From Candidatus Helarchaeota ASGARD archaeon Hel_GB_B (GTDB taxonomy: Archaea > Asgardarchaeota > Lokiarchaeia > Helarchaeales > HEL-GB-B): a stretch of 32,000 nt of DNA. Position 1 is the stretch's first letter; every line of letters begins with the position of its first letter. The translations under genes and the position numbers were made by a program. Positions 1-10,196 of the stretch are shown piece after piece. The stretch covers positions 30,001 to 62,000 of the forward strand of contig SUPR01000004.1 of NCBI GenBank assembly GCA_005191425.1. Reading direction: 5' to 3'. The notes beneath the pieces were generated by a model, which made no database searches, was not told the origin of the DNA, and worked only from the letters and a program-made list of their open reading frames with translations.

Positions 1-1157
1 GAATAATAATCTTTTAAACTAAAACATCTTCTTAAAATAACTCTTAAATTATACCCACCGCCAACATTTGAAGGAATAGCTCCATCAGCGATTGTAAAAA
101 CAAGTGTTCTTAAATGGTCACAAATCGCGTAATGCGCTTCTAATGGGCCCAATAATTTTTCCATTTCATAATAATCAATTCCAATTTCTTTTGCGATCTT
201 TTTTCTAACTAAATTAACATCATTTACTTCATCTACATTTAATAATCCGGATAATATGGTATATTTATTGATGATTCGTTCATCAATTGAAATACCCGTT
301 GACCTTTTCATTTTTTCAAGGACTGGACCGAATGTAGCTTCATAAATCGTTGGAGTCCCTAATGTAAACCAACCTACTCTTTCAATTCCCCAGCCTACAT
401 CAACAACTGTCATGTCCATTTGTTTAAAACTATTATCTGGTAAAATTTCATATTGCATAAACACACTATTAACAATCTCAAGCCCTTTACTAAAAGATTC
501 AAGGCACGGTCCGAAATTTCCTCCCCCAATCCAAATATCCTCTCTAAGTGTAACTTCATTTTCTGGTACCTTCATTTCTTTTGTAATAAATTTAAAGTCT
601 AAATCTATACACCTGTCCATCCAATAGCCATTTGATCCTATATTTCTTAATTTTTCCGAATTAAAACTATGTTGACCTCCCATTATAAAGCTACTGAGAT
701 GTCTTCCAGTCTTCCCTACATTATCAATGTCATTAAATCCTTTCCCTCCAAATCTAATACATGGTTGCGGTACGATTAACGGATTTGCAGGTGGTACCGC
801 GCCTTGTAAAACTGATTTTTGAAATAATGTAATACTTGCAATAGTATAATATAAATCGTCTCTCCAACGCGCAACGACTGGAAATTCATCTATTCGCGTA
901 TGTCCATGTTCCTCAAAAAAATTACACCAATTTTTTATTGTTTCATGAAAATCCCACCCATTTTTTTTCTTCCCCAAAAACTTATATCCTCCTATACACA
1001 ATGTATCACCGCAATTTTTACTATCTGGATCCAATGTCCAATAATAATCTCCACATATTGGACATCTTAACCTAACAAATCCCTTCTCTCTAAATAATTC
1101 TACTTCATATTTATTTTTCCCGAATTTCTTCCGTAAATCTTTTTTATTTAAACTCAT
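1..1157 (-). CDS. alaS: Alanine--tRNA ligase, archaeal type (N-terminal ~385 aa; truncated by the left window edge)
   Basis: Absent from the ORF track because no stop lies in the window. Manual minus-strand translation from ATG at 1157: MSLNKKDLRKKFGKNKYEVELFREKGF..RCPICGDYYWTLDP..CGD..PVVARWRDDLYFTIASI..VPQPCIRF..DIDNVGKTGRH..WIGGGNFGP..VVDVGWGIER..AICDHLRTLVFTIADGAIPSNVGGGYNLRVILRR. These are archaeal AlaRS signatures. Confidence 0.97.
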   Translation of the reverse strand, partial: MSLNKKDLRKKFGKNKYEVELFREKGFVRLRCPICGDYYWTLDPDSKNCGDTLCIGGYKFLGKKKNGWDFHETIKNWCNFFEEHGHTRIDEFPVVARWRDDLYYTIASITLFQKSVLQGAVPPANPLIVPQPCIRFGGKGFNDIDNVGKTGRHLSSFIMGGQHSFNSEKLRNIGSNGYWMDRCIDLDFKFITKEMKVPENEVTLREDIWIGGGNFGPCLESFSKGLEIVNSVFMQYEILPDNSFKQMDMTVVDVGWGIERVGWFTLGTPTIYEATFGPVLEKMKRSTGISIDERIINKYTILSGLLNVDEVNDVNLVRKKIAKEIGIDYYEMEKLLGPLEAHYAICDHLRTLVFTIADGAIPSNVGGGYNLRVILRRCFSLKDYY

Positions 1158-1758
1158 CTGAATAACCAATCATTCTAATAAAATTATCCAAATAAATCCT
1201 AATTTTTATACTTTAAATTTTTGTTTACTCTCTTTTTTCAATAATTCCTTTTTTTATAAGAATAATTCAAAAATATAGGTCATATATAAAATAATATATC
1301 CGTTAAAAAAGAACTATAATTAATTTGAATATTTTATGTTTCATTAAATTATAAAAATAAACAACTAATAACCTATAAAATTAAAATAAATATTGAAAAA
1401 ATAGTTTTAAAACTTTGAAAGAAAAATTAAAGTTTTCTTAAAAAAGAAATTTAAAAAATAAGATTAAACTCAAAAAAGAGTTGTTTTTCTAATAGATTTA
1501 TTGATTCAAGATTAGTACCAATTATTAAAGTGAAACTATTTTTCTTATAAATAATAGAAATATCTTTATTATCTATAGAATAAGCAAGATTTAAAGAGTT
1601 TATGGTTAGATGATATTATATGATATTGAGTATTTAATTATTATATTTATTTCAATTAATTTAATTATTTTTGAAGCTTAACATCTTTTAACTTTTTCTC
1701 GAATTAATTATTAAAGTTTAAAAACTTTTAATACCACAAGATTTAAACTAGCAAACCT

Positions 1759-1790
1759 CTTAATTTCTCACGAACTTAATTTCTCTCGAA
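1759..1790 (+). repeat. 16-bp tandem direct repeat upstream of leuS
   Basis: CTTAATTTCTCACGAA (1759-1774) followed by CTTAATTTCTCTCGAA (1775-1790), one mismatch. Confidence 0.85.
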
Positions 1791-1832
1791 ATACTAGAAA
1801 TTTTATATCAATTACTTTATCTATAATGGTGT

Positions 1833-4637
1833 ATGAATATGGATTCAGAAGAAACAAACACTATTATTTATGATCCAGAGAAAATCGAAAAAAAGTGGCA
1901 AAAGAGATGGGCCGATAATAAAATATTTGAAGTTAAAATAGATTCAAAGAAAAAGAAGTTCTATTGTCTAGAGATGTACCCCTATCCATCATCTACTTTA
2001 CATATTGGTCATCTCCGAAATTATTCAATAGGTGACTGTTTTGCTCGATATAAACGGATGACTGGTTATAATGTATTATATCCAATGGGATATGATAGTT
2101 TCGGTCTTCCCGCGGAAAACGCAGCTATTCAACACGGAATTGATCCTGAAAAATGGACAAATGACAATATAGCTAAAATCAAAAGCCAACAAAAACGGAT
2201 AGGATTAAGTTATGACTGGAAACGAGAGATATATAGTCATGATGAAAATTATTATAAATGGAATCAATGGATCTTTTTAAAAATATTTGAAAAAGGGTTA
2301 GCTTACAGAAGGCGGGCATATGTCAATTGGTGTAATTCATGTAAAACAGTACTTGCTAATGAACAAGTAATTAATGGAGTTTGTTGGCGATGTTCTACCC
2401 CAATAATTCAAAAATTTCTAGACCAGTGGTTTTTTAAGATCCGAAATTATGCTGACGAACTATTATACAAATTGAACGAATTAGATTGGCCTGAAAAAGT
2501 TAAAATAATGCAGAGAAATTGGATAGGTCGTAGCGAAGGGACAGAAATAGAGTTTGAAATTTTAGACACTAAAGAAAAGATCAGAATATTTACTACACGC
2601 GCTGATACTTTGTACGGATGTACTTTCATGGTCTTTGCACCTGAGCATCCACTGGTGGAAGAATGGGTAAAGAATACAGAATATGAAGAGCCATTTAAGA
2701 AATTTTATGAAGAAACAATGCGTGAGGAAAAGTTTAAAAGAACTTCTCTAACTGTTGAAAAAAAAGGTATGTTTATAGGAAAATATGCTGTTAATCCAAT
2801 TAATAACGAAAAAATTCCTGTTTATGTTGGAAATTTTGTAATTTATGAATATGGTGCAGGAGCTATTATGGCTGTACCTGCTCATGATCAGAGAGATTTT
2901 GAATTTGCAAAAAAGTTCGGAATTCCTATCAAGGTAGTTATTCAACCATTTAATTATGACCTTAATGAAGAAAAAATGTCTAGGGCATATGAAGGCGATG
3001 GTTATCTTATTAATTCAAAAGAATTTAATCAAATTGAAAATAGAAAAGCAATTGAGTTAATTTCTGAAAAATTGGAAAAAATGGGAAAAGGTAAAAAAGT
3101 AATTAATTATAAATTAAGAGATTGGCTAATTTCAAGACAAAGATATTGGGGCACTCCTATCCCGATTATATATTGCGAAAAATGCGGAATAGTCCCTGTA
3201 CCTTATGAAGATTTACCTGTTAAATTGCCTAAAGATATAAAATTTACGGGATCAGGCAATCCACTGGAAACTTCCGAGCAATTTATTAAATGTAAATGCC
3301 CAAAATGCGGCAGAAATGCACGAAGAGAAACAGATACTATGGACACATTTGTGGACTCATCTTGGTATTTCTTTAGGTTCTGTGACCCAAAAAATAAAAA
3401 TGAAATTTTTGACCCGAAAATTATTGAATATTTTATGCCAGTAAATCAGTATATCGGTGGAATTGAACATGCTATACTACACTTATTATATGCTCGGTTC
3501 TTTACAAAAATTCTCCGCGATTTAGGCCTCCATAAATACGATGAACCATTTATGAAACTTGTTACTCAAGGTATGGTTAATAAAGAGCATCCATTTTGCG
3601 AACATTGTAATAAATTTCTACATTTTGGCGAATTTAAAGACGGTAAGTGCTTAAGTTGCAACAATTTATATGTTATGAAAAGCGCAAAAATGTCGAAAAG
3701 TCTCGGAAATGTAGTCGACCCAATGGTTTTAATAAAAAAATATGGTGCCGATACTGCACGATTTTTCATTCTCTACTGGGCAAATCCCAGTAAGGAAATG
3801 GAATGGTCAGATAAAGGAGTTGAATCCATATGGAAATACATCAATAAAATTTTTACTTTATTGCTGGAGAAACCTTCACAATTTCATGATAATCAAAATA
3901 TAGATGACCAATTTATTCAATTTCATCTTCATAAAACCATTCGAGATGTATCAAATAATATCGACAATTTACAGCTTCGGGATGCAGCTAATCTTTTAAT
4001 TCAATTTATTGATGAATTTAGAAATTATTCAGCAGGATCAGTAAATAAAATTATTTATAATGAATGTATTGAAAAAATAACTTTATTATTAGCACCTTTT
4101 GTTCCGCATCTTTGCGAGGAAGTCTGGGAACGCACCGGGCATTCAGGTTTTATTAGCTTAGAGAAATGGCCTGAATATAACGCACAATATATCAATGACG
4201 ACATTGAATATAAATGGAATTTGCTTCAAGATCTTATTAATGATATTAAAAAAATTTTGAAAATAATAAAAATTGAAAAAATTAAAAAAATTAAAATTAT
4301 TGTGGCAAAAGAATGGAAATTTTCATTATTTGACCTGATATCCAATGAATTACAATCTGGTACCCAACAAAAGGACTTAATGAAACGAATTATGCAAACT
4401 GAATTTCGTCAATTTGGAAAAACAGTAAATTCTATAGTTTCAAAAATAAAAAAGAACCCAAGAATTCTACCACCAGTTAAGTTAAAACACGATGATGAAT
4501 TTAACTTTTATAATTTAATAAAAGATAGGATCTCAAATAAATTTATAGCTGATGTCGAAATATTAAAAGAAAAAGATGTCTCTGATAAAAAAGCAGATCT
4601 AGCAATTCCTGGTAAACCAGTAATTCTAATTGAATAA
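1833..4637 (+). CDS. leuS: Leucine--tRNA ligase (bacterial-type core with archaeal-type C-terminal domain)
   Basis: LHIGH (HIGH) and KMSKS motifs; editing-domain motifs [10 protein letters not shown] and [15 protein letters not shown]; [11 protein letters not shown]; C-terminus [11 protein letters not shown]. Confidence 0.97.
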   Translation: MNMDSEETNTIIYDPEKIEKKWQKRWADNKIFEVKIDSKKKKFYCLEMYPYPSSTLHIGHLRNYSIGDCFARYKRMTGYNVLYPMGYDSFGLPAENAAIQHGIDPEKWTNDNIAKIKSQQKRIGLSYDWKREIYSHDENYYKWNQWIFLKIFEKGLAYRRRAYVNWCNSCKTVLANEQVINGVCWRCSTPIIQKFLDQWFFKIRNYADELLYKLNELDWPEKVKIMQRNWIGRSEGTEIEFEILDTKEKIRIFTTRADTLYGCTFMVFAPEHPLVEEWVKNTEYEEPFKKFYEETMREEKFKRTSLTVEKKGMFIGKYAVNPINNEKIPVYVGNFVIYEYGAGAIMAVPAHDQRDFEFAKKFGIPIKVVIQPFNYDLNEEKMSRAYEGDGYLINSKEFNQIENRKAIELISEKLEKMGKGKKVINYKLRDWLISRQRYWGTPIPIIYCEKCGIVPVPYEDLPVKLPKDIKFTGSGNPLETSEQFIKCKCPKCGRNARRETDTMDTFVDSSWYFFRFCDPKNKNEIFDPKIIEYFMPVNQYIGGIEHAILHLLYARFFTKILRDLGLHKYDEPFMKLVTQGMVNKEHPFCEHCNKFLHFGEFKDGKCLSCNNLYVMKSAKMSKSLGNVVDPMVLIKKYGADTARFFILYWANPSKEMEWSDKGVESIWKYINKIFTLLLEKPSQFHDNQNIDDQFIQFHLHKTIRDVSNNIDNLQLRDAANLLIQFIDEFRNYSAGSVNKIIYNECIEKITLLLAPFVPHLCEEVWERTGHSGFISLEKWPEYNAQYINDDIEYKWNLLQDLINDIKKILKIIKIEKIKKIKIIVAKEWKFSLFDLISNELQSGTQQKDLMKRIMQTEFRQFGKTVNSIVSKIKKNPRILPPVKLKHDDEFNFYNLIKDRISNKFIADVEILKEKDVSDKKADLAIPGKPVILIE

Positions 4638-4798
4638 ATAGTTTTTAATTAATAACCTTTTTAAAATTAATTTAATTAAAAAAATTTTGTTGGTAAACCT
4701 ATTCTATTAAAGAATTTTTTTTGGACTGATATGTTTATCATTATAACTATTTTTGTTTAATTTATCTTGATTTTTAAAGTTTTAAAAATAAAAACAAA

Positions 4799-4981
4799 CC
4801 TGCAGAAGCAACTAATGTCCCTATTTAGAGAAAAAACAGAAGAAGTGATGTTTTTATACTAAAAATTTTAAATTGATTAACCAAATAAGGCGCCTAACCC
4901 TTGTACTTCCTCAGGTTTTTCTTCTTCTTCTTTTTTCTCTTCCTTTTTTTCTTCAGCTTTTGCTTCAGTTGTTTCTGCAGG
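4799..4981. repeat. Nested long-range inverted repeat joining the rpl12 3' coding region to the leuS/rpl12 spacer
   Basis: 4799-4813 CCTGCAGAAGCAACT pairs with 4967-4981 AGTTGTTTCTGCAGG (14/15); 4827-4845 AGAGAAAAAACAGAAGAAG pairs with 4921-4940 CTTCTTCTTCTTTTTTCTCT (18 bp with a small internal loop). Confidence 0.7.
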
Positions 4982-5182
4982 CGTAGCCGTAGCTGTAGGG
5001 GCTGCAAGTACCGCACTTTTTATAGCTTCATCGATATTTACACCTTCTAAAGAAGCGATTACTGCTTTAATTTGAGCTTTATTTATTTGCGCTCCTGCAG
5101 CTGTTAAAATTTTTTCAATTTTATCTTCTGTTATTTCATTTCCAATTTGATGCAAAATTAAAGATGCATATATATACTCCAT
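4877..5182 (-). CDS. rpl12: 50S ribosomal stalk protein P1 (archaeal L12)
   Basis: MEYIYASLILH start, Ala/Thr hinge, Glu/Lys-rich tail ending GLGALFG; GGAGGT Shine-Dalgarno at 5191-5196. Confidence 0.97.
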   Translation of the reverse strand: MEYIYASLILHQIGNEITEDKIEKILTAAGAQINKAQIKAVIASLEGVNIDEAIKSAVLAAPTATATPAETTEAKAEEKKEEKKEEEEKPEEVQGLGALFG

Positions 5183-5200
5183 AATTTTTTACCTCCATTT

Positions 5201-6265
5201 TTAACCAAACATATTACCTAAATTTATAGATGATTCATCATCTTTCTCTTTTTCGGGTTCTGAATCACCGAAAAGGCCCCCTAACCCCGGACTGGTTTCA
5301 TCCTTTTTTGTGGAATCTTTTTCAGATACCTCTTTACTGGATATTTCTGATGAGCTTTTAGATAATGAATCAACTAACTCTTTTGGTAAAGCATCGGGGT
5401 TTATTTTAATAATTTCTTTGGCGATATTTATAGCTTTAACATTTGCTATTGCTAATATTTCATTTATAAAATCTTTTATTATAATTCCTGCTTGAATTAC
5501 TAAACTGCTTGCTTGAGAATAAGCCTTTTGGATAATTGGTATTATAGTATCTGGTGTAGCATACCCAATTTGAACGGCTAGATTATGGCCACACCTTATA
5601 GCAGTGGAAATATTATTTACTATTCCCTCAAAATCAATGTTTAGATCCTCTTTTGTATAAATTTCTCCATCATACGCAGTATACAAATCTAGTCCTAATT
5701 CAATGGGACGAATATCAAGTCTTGATAATACAATAGCAAGCATAGGTGATATTACTTCACCCTTTTTGACCACTATTGCATCTTCTTGAATCCATACAGT
5801 ACCACCTTTAATACGTGTTTTCAACCCTACTTCATTAAGTTCAGTAATTACTGGGCCTGGTGAAAATCCTGTGTCTCCTTTTTCAATTAAAATGTCTATT
5901 GGTGCTATTGTCCCACTTTTAGCAGGTGCCATAGACCGGTTTTTTTCAATTTCTAATTTTAATTTAAAAGGATTTTCTTTTGTATAAACTAAGGCAGTAG
6001 AACCTTCTAGATAATCCTTCAATTTTGAGACATTTTCACGCTGGACTTCATCCAATGCAATTTTTAATAAGTTATTTTTAACAATTTTAATCCCAATCTT
6101 GCCTCTAAGGTTCTTTCTAATTTCTTGTAGCATTTTTGACCCAATTTGGGAAATATGGGCAAATCCAATTACTGGATAGTTCGTCAGAATATCTTTTATT
6201 TCTTCTACTTTTTTTATTTTATATTCCGATATTTGCTTCAATTTTTGTTCCATCATTTTGATCAT
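5201..6265 (-). CDS. rplP0: 50S ribosomal protein uL10 / acidic stalk base P0
   Basis: KIVKNNLLKIAL, TGFSPGPVITEL, stalk spine helices, acidic tail; lies between uL1 and P1. Start may be one of the nearby downstream ATGs. Confidence 0.96.
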   Translation of the reverse strand: MIKMMEQKLKQISEYKIKKVEEIKDILTNYPVIGFAHISQIGSKMLQEIRKNLRGKIGIKIVKNNLLKIALDEVQRENVSKLKDYLEGSTALVYTKENPFKLKLEIEKNRSMAPAKSGTIAPIDILIEKGDTGFSPGPVITELNEVGLKTRIKGGTVWIQEDAIVVKKGEVISPMLAIVLSRLDIRPIELGLDLYTAYDGEIYTKEDLNIDFEGIVNNISTAIRCGHNLAVQIGYATPDTIIPIIQKAYSQASSLVIQAGIIIKDFINEILAIANVKAINIAKEIIKINPDALPKELVDSLSKSSSEISSKEVSEKDSTKKDETSPGLGGLFGDSEPEKEKDDESSINLGNMFG

Positions 6266-6272
6266 GCCCTCA

Positions 6273-6944
6273 TTATATTTTTACTTTAACTGAATGGCCC
6301 ATTGTTGTTTTTATAAAAATGCTTTTAATATTTTTAAGACCTTTTTCAAGATTATTTTCTAAAAATGTAATGACTGCTAAAATATTTTCTGTGATTAGAT
6401 CATCGTCCATATCTTCTTTTCCTACAGGGCAGTTAATTTGGAGTGATTTTCTCATTTTTAATCTAATTGTCTTTTTATATTTTTCTATGAGTGGTTTGAT
6501 ATTTGTGGTAGGTGGGACGATACCCGAACCTTTTGGCGGGCCTAAGGGCATTTTTCCTTGAGGTCCTAGCACAGGTCCCAAGCTTTTTGCTATTATTGGC
6601 ATTACTTCTACACTAGCTATAAAGAAATCGAATTGCTTTGCAATTTTTTTTGCTTCTTTTTTATTCTTTTGTAGTTCTAATAATGCATCCTTGTCTAAAA
6701 CAGTAAGTCCTTCTTGCCTTGCACGTAAAGCAAAATCACCACTCGTTGTACAAACGCAAATCTTAATATCCTTTCCTGGGCCATGTGGCAAGATTATTTC
6801 TGTATTTATCCTATTTTTTGGTTGTTTTAAGTCAATTTCTTTTAGATTAATTGATAAATCTAATGTTTGAACGAAATTTCCTTTATTTCGATTATTTTTT
6901 GCTTCTTTTACAGCTTTTTTGATAATATCTGAATTAACTGGCAA
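6273..6944 (-). CDS. rpl1: 50S ribosomal protein uL1
   Basis: NFVQTLDLSINLK, LGPVLGPQGKMP, KTTMGHSVKV; TTG start at 6944. Confidence 0.96.
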   Translation of the reverse strand: MPVNSDIIKKAVKEAKNNRNKGNFVQTLDLSINLKEIDLKQPKNRINTEIILPHGPGKDIKICVCTTSGDFALRARQEGLTVLDKDALLELQKNKKEAKKIAKQFDFFIASVEVMPIIAKSLGPVLGPQGKMPLGPPKGSGIVPPTTNIKPLIEKYKKTIRLKMRKSLQINCPVGKEDMDDDLITENILAVITFLENNLEKGLKNIKSIFIKTTMGHSVKVKI

Positions 6945-6978
6945 TTATTACATCTCTTTATTTTTTTCAAATAATATT

Positions 6979-7467
6979 TTATTTTATCATTTCATCGTAT
7001 TTATTATCATTAATTTCTTTAATAATTTCTTTTGCTACTTTTCCATCAACCGTTATTCCACAAGATTGACATGTTCCAATAATAGTCTTGACTCTTTTTT
7101 TAAGATCTTTTCCGAATAAAACTTTTTCCTTCATTTTTGCAATTTCTACAATTTTTGAAAATGGAATATTACCTACTAAATCGGTGCCTGCGGCGCCACT
7201 TCCTTTTTCGGTCTCTTTTACTTCTTTAATGATCAAAGCACTTGTCGGTGGCATACCAACTTCGACTTCAAACTCCTTGGTTTCTCTATCTACAGTGATA
7301 TTTACTGGTACTTTTAACCCTTTGTATTCGCTTGTTATTTCATTAATTTTCTGGACCACTTGATATAAATTGACTCCTGTAGAACCTAAAGCAGGCCCAA
7401 TTGGTGGCCCAGCACTTGCTTTACCGCCTTCAACTAATGCCGAAACTTTTACTTTTTGTCCAGCCAT
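6979..7467 (-). CDS. rpl11: 50S ribosomal protein uL11
   Basis: LVEGGKASAGPPIGPALG, VGMPPTSALI, IIGTCQSCGITVDG. Confidence 0.97.
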   Translation of the reverse strand: MAGQKVKVSALVEGGKASAGPPIGPALGSTGVNLYQVVQKINEITSEYKGLKVPVNITVDRETKEFEVEVGMPPTSALIIKEVKETEKGSGAAGTDLVGNIPFSKIVEIAKMKEKVLFGKDLKKRVKTIIGTCQSCGITVDGKVAKEIIKEINDNKYDEMIK

Positions 7468-7711
7468 TGTATATTAACCTGATAATTATGATTATTTTTA
7501 AATTTTTAATTTAACTAAATAATTTTGTTTAAATTTTTAATAGTAATATTTTAACTATTTTATTAGCTAAGTGGGATTAATCATTATATCAAATTTTTTA
7601 AATTTTTTCAAATTATATTCATTTAGAATCTTTTTCAAAATATTAAAATTTAATCAATAATCATAGTTTTTAATTAAAAAAATAAAATTCAGAATTATGG
7701 AGATATTAAAA

Positions 7712-8209
7712 ATGAAAATAGGAATAATATCTGATACGCATGACCATATAATTAATACGAATAAGGCTGTAGATATATTTAATTCACGAGGTGTAGAACT
7801 TGTCATTCATGCTGGCGATATAATTTCTCCCTTTATGGCTCCAAAGTCCTTCAAAAATTTAAAATGCCCGATGAAAATGGTCTATGGGAATAATGACGGC
7901 GATCTTTTATTTTTAAAACAAAAATTTAGTGAAATTGGAGTAGAAATTGAGCGTGAATTTTTAGAACTTGATCTACAAGGTAAGAAGATAATTGCTTTTC
8001 ATACCATAAATCCTACGATACTAAATGCAATGATCAAATCTGGTGTATTCTCTTTAATTATTTATGGACATACTCACGAAAAACAAATTAAAAAAGAAAA
8101 AAATACGCTAATAGTAAATCCAGGAGAATGTTGTGGTTATTTAACTGGTAATCCAACAATAGCAATAGTCGATTTAGATACTTTAACTGGAGAAATTATT
8201 GAAATTTAA
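7712..8209 (+). CDS. Metallophosphoesterase, MJ0936/YfcE family
   Basis: IISDTH, IHAGD, GNND, GHTH and NPG metal-binding motifs. Start placed at the second ATG (7712) behind a GGAG; the track start is 7697. Confidence 0.9.
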   Translation: MKIGIISDTHDHIINTNKAVDIFNSRGVELVIHAGDIISPFMAPKSFKNLKCPMKMVYGNNDGDLLFLKQKFSEIGVEIEREFLELDLQGKKIIAFHTINPTILNAMIKSGVFSLIIYGHTHEKQIKKEKNTLIVNPGECCGYLTGNPTIAIVDLDTLTGEIIEI

Positions 8210-9394
8210 TTACGGTGCGATCAATTTTGCGATGAAAAAGCCTTGACATTGGTGTTCTGTTGGTAGGAATCGTTGACATAATTTCATATCTAATCTTGAA
8301 TTAGATATTATACCCGGACTTCCTATATAAATAGGTTGATTTACTAATTTACACCCAAATTTTTTAATCATATATTCAATGTTCAATTCATTTTCTTCTA
8401 ACGTAAATGTACAAGTGCTATATACTATAGTCCCTCCAGGTCTAATATTTTTAATTGCAGATTGAATAAATTTCTTTTGATACCTTGCAAAATTTTCAAC
8501 ATCTTTTTTTGTAGTAAAGTTGGCAAGCTTTGGCCGTGTACCTAAAGCTGAACATGGCGGGTCAATTAGAATTTTATCCGCTTCATATCCTTCAAGCTTA
8601 GTTGAGTCAATCTTTTTTAATTCGATATTTTTAATACCTAATCTTTTAATATGTTCTTTGATACGATCTAACTTTTTATTCGATCTATCAATAGCAAGAA
8701 TGCGTCCTTTATTTTCCATTAATTGCGATAAATGCGTGGCTTTTCCACCTGGAGCTGCACACAAATCTATAATAAAATCATTTTTTTTAGGGCTTAAAAT
8801 TTTTGATGTAATAATTGCGGGAAGTGATTGGTCGTAAATCAATCCTTTTTGAAAAACTTTAAGGTCTTGAATTGAAATTCCTGAAAAAATAGATTCAATA
8901 TTTTTAGCTATTAATCCATGACCCATTATAGATAAATCATTTGATGATATAATTGATTTTACATTAGCAACTGGGATTAAAAAACCATTAAATTCTGAAA
9001 TGACCGTTAAAACTTCACCTTCACCAAATTTATCATATCTTTTTATTCCAGGTCTAAATAGATTTGCTCCTTGACTGATACTTTCCCCAGTAAATTTATC
9101 AACAAAAATTTTTTTCTTTAATATTTTTATTCTCTTCTTTTTAGGACTTAAATCATAATATATAATTTCAGGAATTTCTATCCCATTAGCTTGAAACTTT
9201 TTAAAATTTAGTCCTTCTTTTTTTAATAAACTTATTAATTCATTTGCATTAATTTTTAAGGTATTTACTCTAACCGTATAAAGGGGACTAGGAACGGTCA
9301 GAGATTGTAATATCTTTAAAGCATTCGTTTTATACAATCTTGAAAGTATATAAAATATATCATAATGAAATTTAGAATAATAAATTTTTTTCAA
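8210..9394 (-). CDS. RsmB/NOP2-family RNA m5C methyltransferase with PUA domain (NSun6-like, probably acting on tRNA)
   Basis: PUA-like GANLFRPGI; DLCAAPGGK, DPPCSALG, YSTCT, GFFIAKL; TTG start. Confidence 0.9.
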   Translation of the reverse strand: MKKIYYSKFHYDIFYILSRLYKTNALKILQSLTVPSPLYTVRVNTLKINANELISLLKKEGLNFKKFQANGIEIPEIIYYDLSPKKKRIKILKKKIFVDKFTGESISQGANLFRPGIKRYDKFGEGEVLTVISEFNGFLIPVANVKSIISSNDLSIMGHGLIAKNIESIFSGISIQDLKVFQKGLIYDQSLPAIITSKILSPKKNDFIIDLCAAPGGKATHLSQLMENKGRILAIDRSNKKLDRIKEHIKRLGIKNIELKKIDSTKLEGYEADKILIDPPCSALGTRPKLANFTTKKDVENFARYQKKFIQSAIKNIRPGGTIVYSTCTFTLEENELNIEYMIKKFGCKLVNQPIYIGSPGIISNSRLDMKLCQRFLPTEHQCQGFFIAKLIAP

Positions 9395-9424
9395 TTTAGC
9401 AGACCAGTTATATATTGTTATTTT

Positions 9425-10123
9425 TTACCAACCATATTCTCCTCTCAAGGGAACGAATGCAACTCCACCCAAACTTTGTTTTTTAATATTTTTTTCATTT
9501 TTAATTACAAGAATAAGTTGTTGAAATCCATAAATTGCTCCCACAGGAATAATAAGTCTTCCACCATTCATGTCAAGTTGCTCTATTAATGGCGGTGGAA
9601 TTTTAGGCCCAGCAGCTGTGACATTAATAGCATTATATGGTGCATATTCTTCAAGTCCAAGTGTACCATCACCTTCAATTATAGTGACTCGATCAGAATA
9701 TCCTGCAGCTTCCAAATTTTTCTTCCCAAATTCTGCCACTGAATGAATTCTCTCAACAGAATAGACATGCCCCAACTTTTCTCCAGAATTCAATTTTTCT
9801 GTGGGCGCTACAATTTCCGCGCAAATAGCAGCATGATAACCACTTCCTGCTCCAATTTCTAACACTTTCGCTCCTAACCTTAAAGCGGGTTCTAAAGCTT
9901 CACACATTATAAAAGCCATATGGGGCGCGGAGATTGTTTGCCCAGAACCGATAGGTAATGGAGAATCAACATAAGCTTTATCTACCAATTCTCTTGGTAA
10001 AAACTTTTCTCTTGGTACTTTAAGAAAAGCTTTAATTACTGTAGGTGAATTTGCATAACCAGTTCGCTGATAATATCTTAATAATTCCTGTTTTCTCTTT
10101 TCTAAATCCAAATTTAACACCAA
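9425..10123 (-). CDS. pcm: Protein-L-isoaspartate O-methyltransferase
   Basis: VPREKF, AYVDSPLPIGSGQTISAPHM, VLEIGAGSGY, GGRLIIPVG, FVPLRG; TTG (10123) or GTG (10120) start. Confidence 0.95.
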   Translation of the reverse strand: MVLNLDLEKRKQELLRYYQRTGYANSPTVIKAFLKVPREKFLPRELVDKAYVDSPLPIGSGQTISAPHMAFIMCEALEPALRLGAKVLEIGAGSGYHAAICAEIVAPTEKLNSGEKLGHVYSVERIHSVAEFGKKNLEAAGYSDRVTIIEGDGTLGLEEYAPYNAINVTAAGPKIPPPLIEQLDMNGGRLIIPVGAIYGFQQLILVIKNEKNIKKQSLGGVAFVPLRGEYGW

Positions 10124-10196
10124 ATTTTAAAACAATTTTAACAGTAAATTTAATTGTATATTATTTGCAAATTTTTTATAAAAGATATGATAAAAT

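Noticed and set aside
412-627. 71-aa plus-strand ORF from the track
   Set aside because: Antisense shadow of alaS, which is open on the minus strand across this region.
1158-1832. tRNA, T-box or CRISPR array in the alaS/leuS spacer
   Set aside because: No GC-rich cloverleaf, T-box motif or regularly spaced repeat-spacer pattern.
2447-3769. Three short minus-strand ORFs (2447-2629, 2748-2945, 3566-3769)
   Set aside because: Antisense to leuS, no recognisable motifs.
7712-8209. Possible retromer Vps29 homologue near the ESCRT locus
   Set aside because: Shares the fold family but has the full metal-binding set of ordinary MJ0936/YfcE phosphoesterases, lies 11 kb from the ESCRT genes, and no Vps26/Vps35 is present.
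5310-9589. Short plus-strand ORFs (5310, 6319, 6919, 7088, 8520, 9365)
   Set aside because: Antisense shadows of ribosomal protein, NSun-like and pcm genes.
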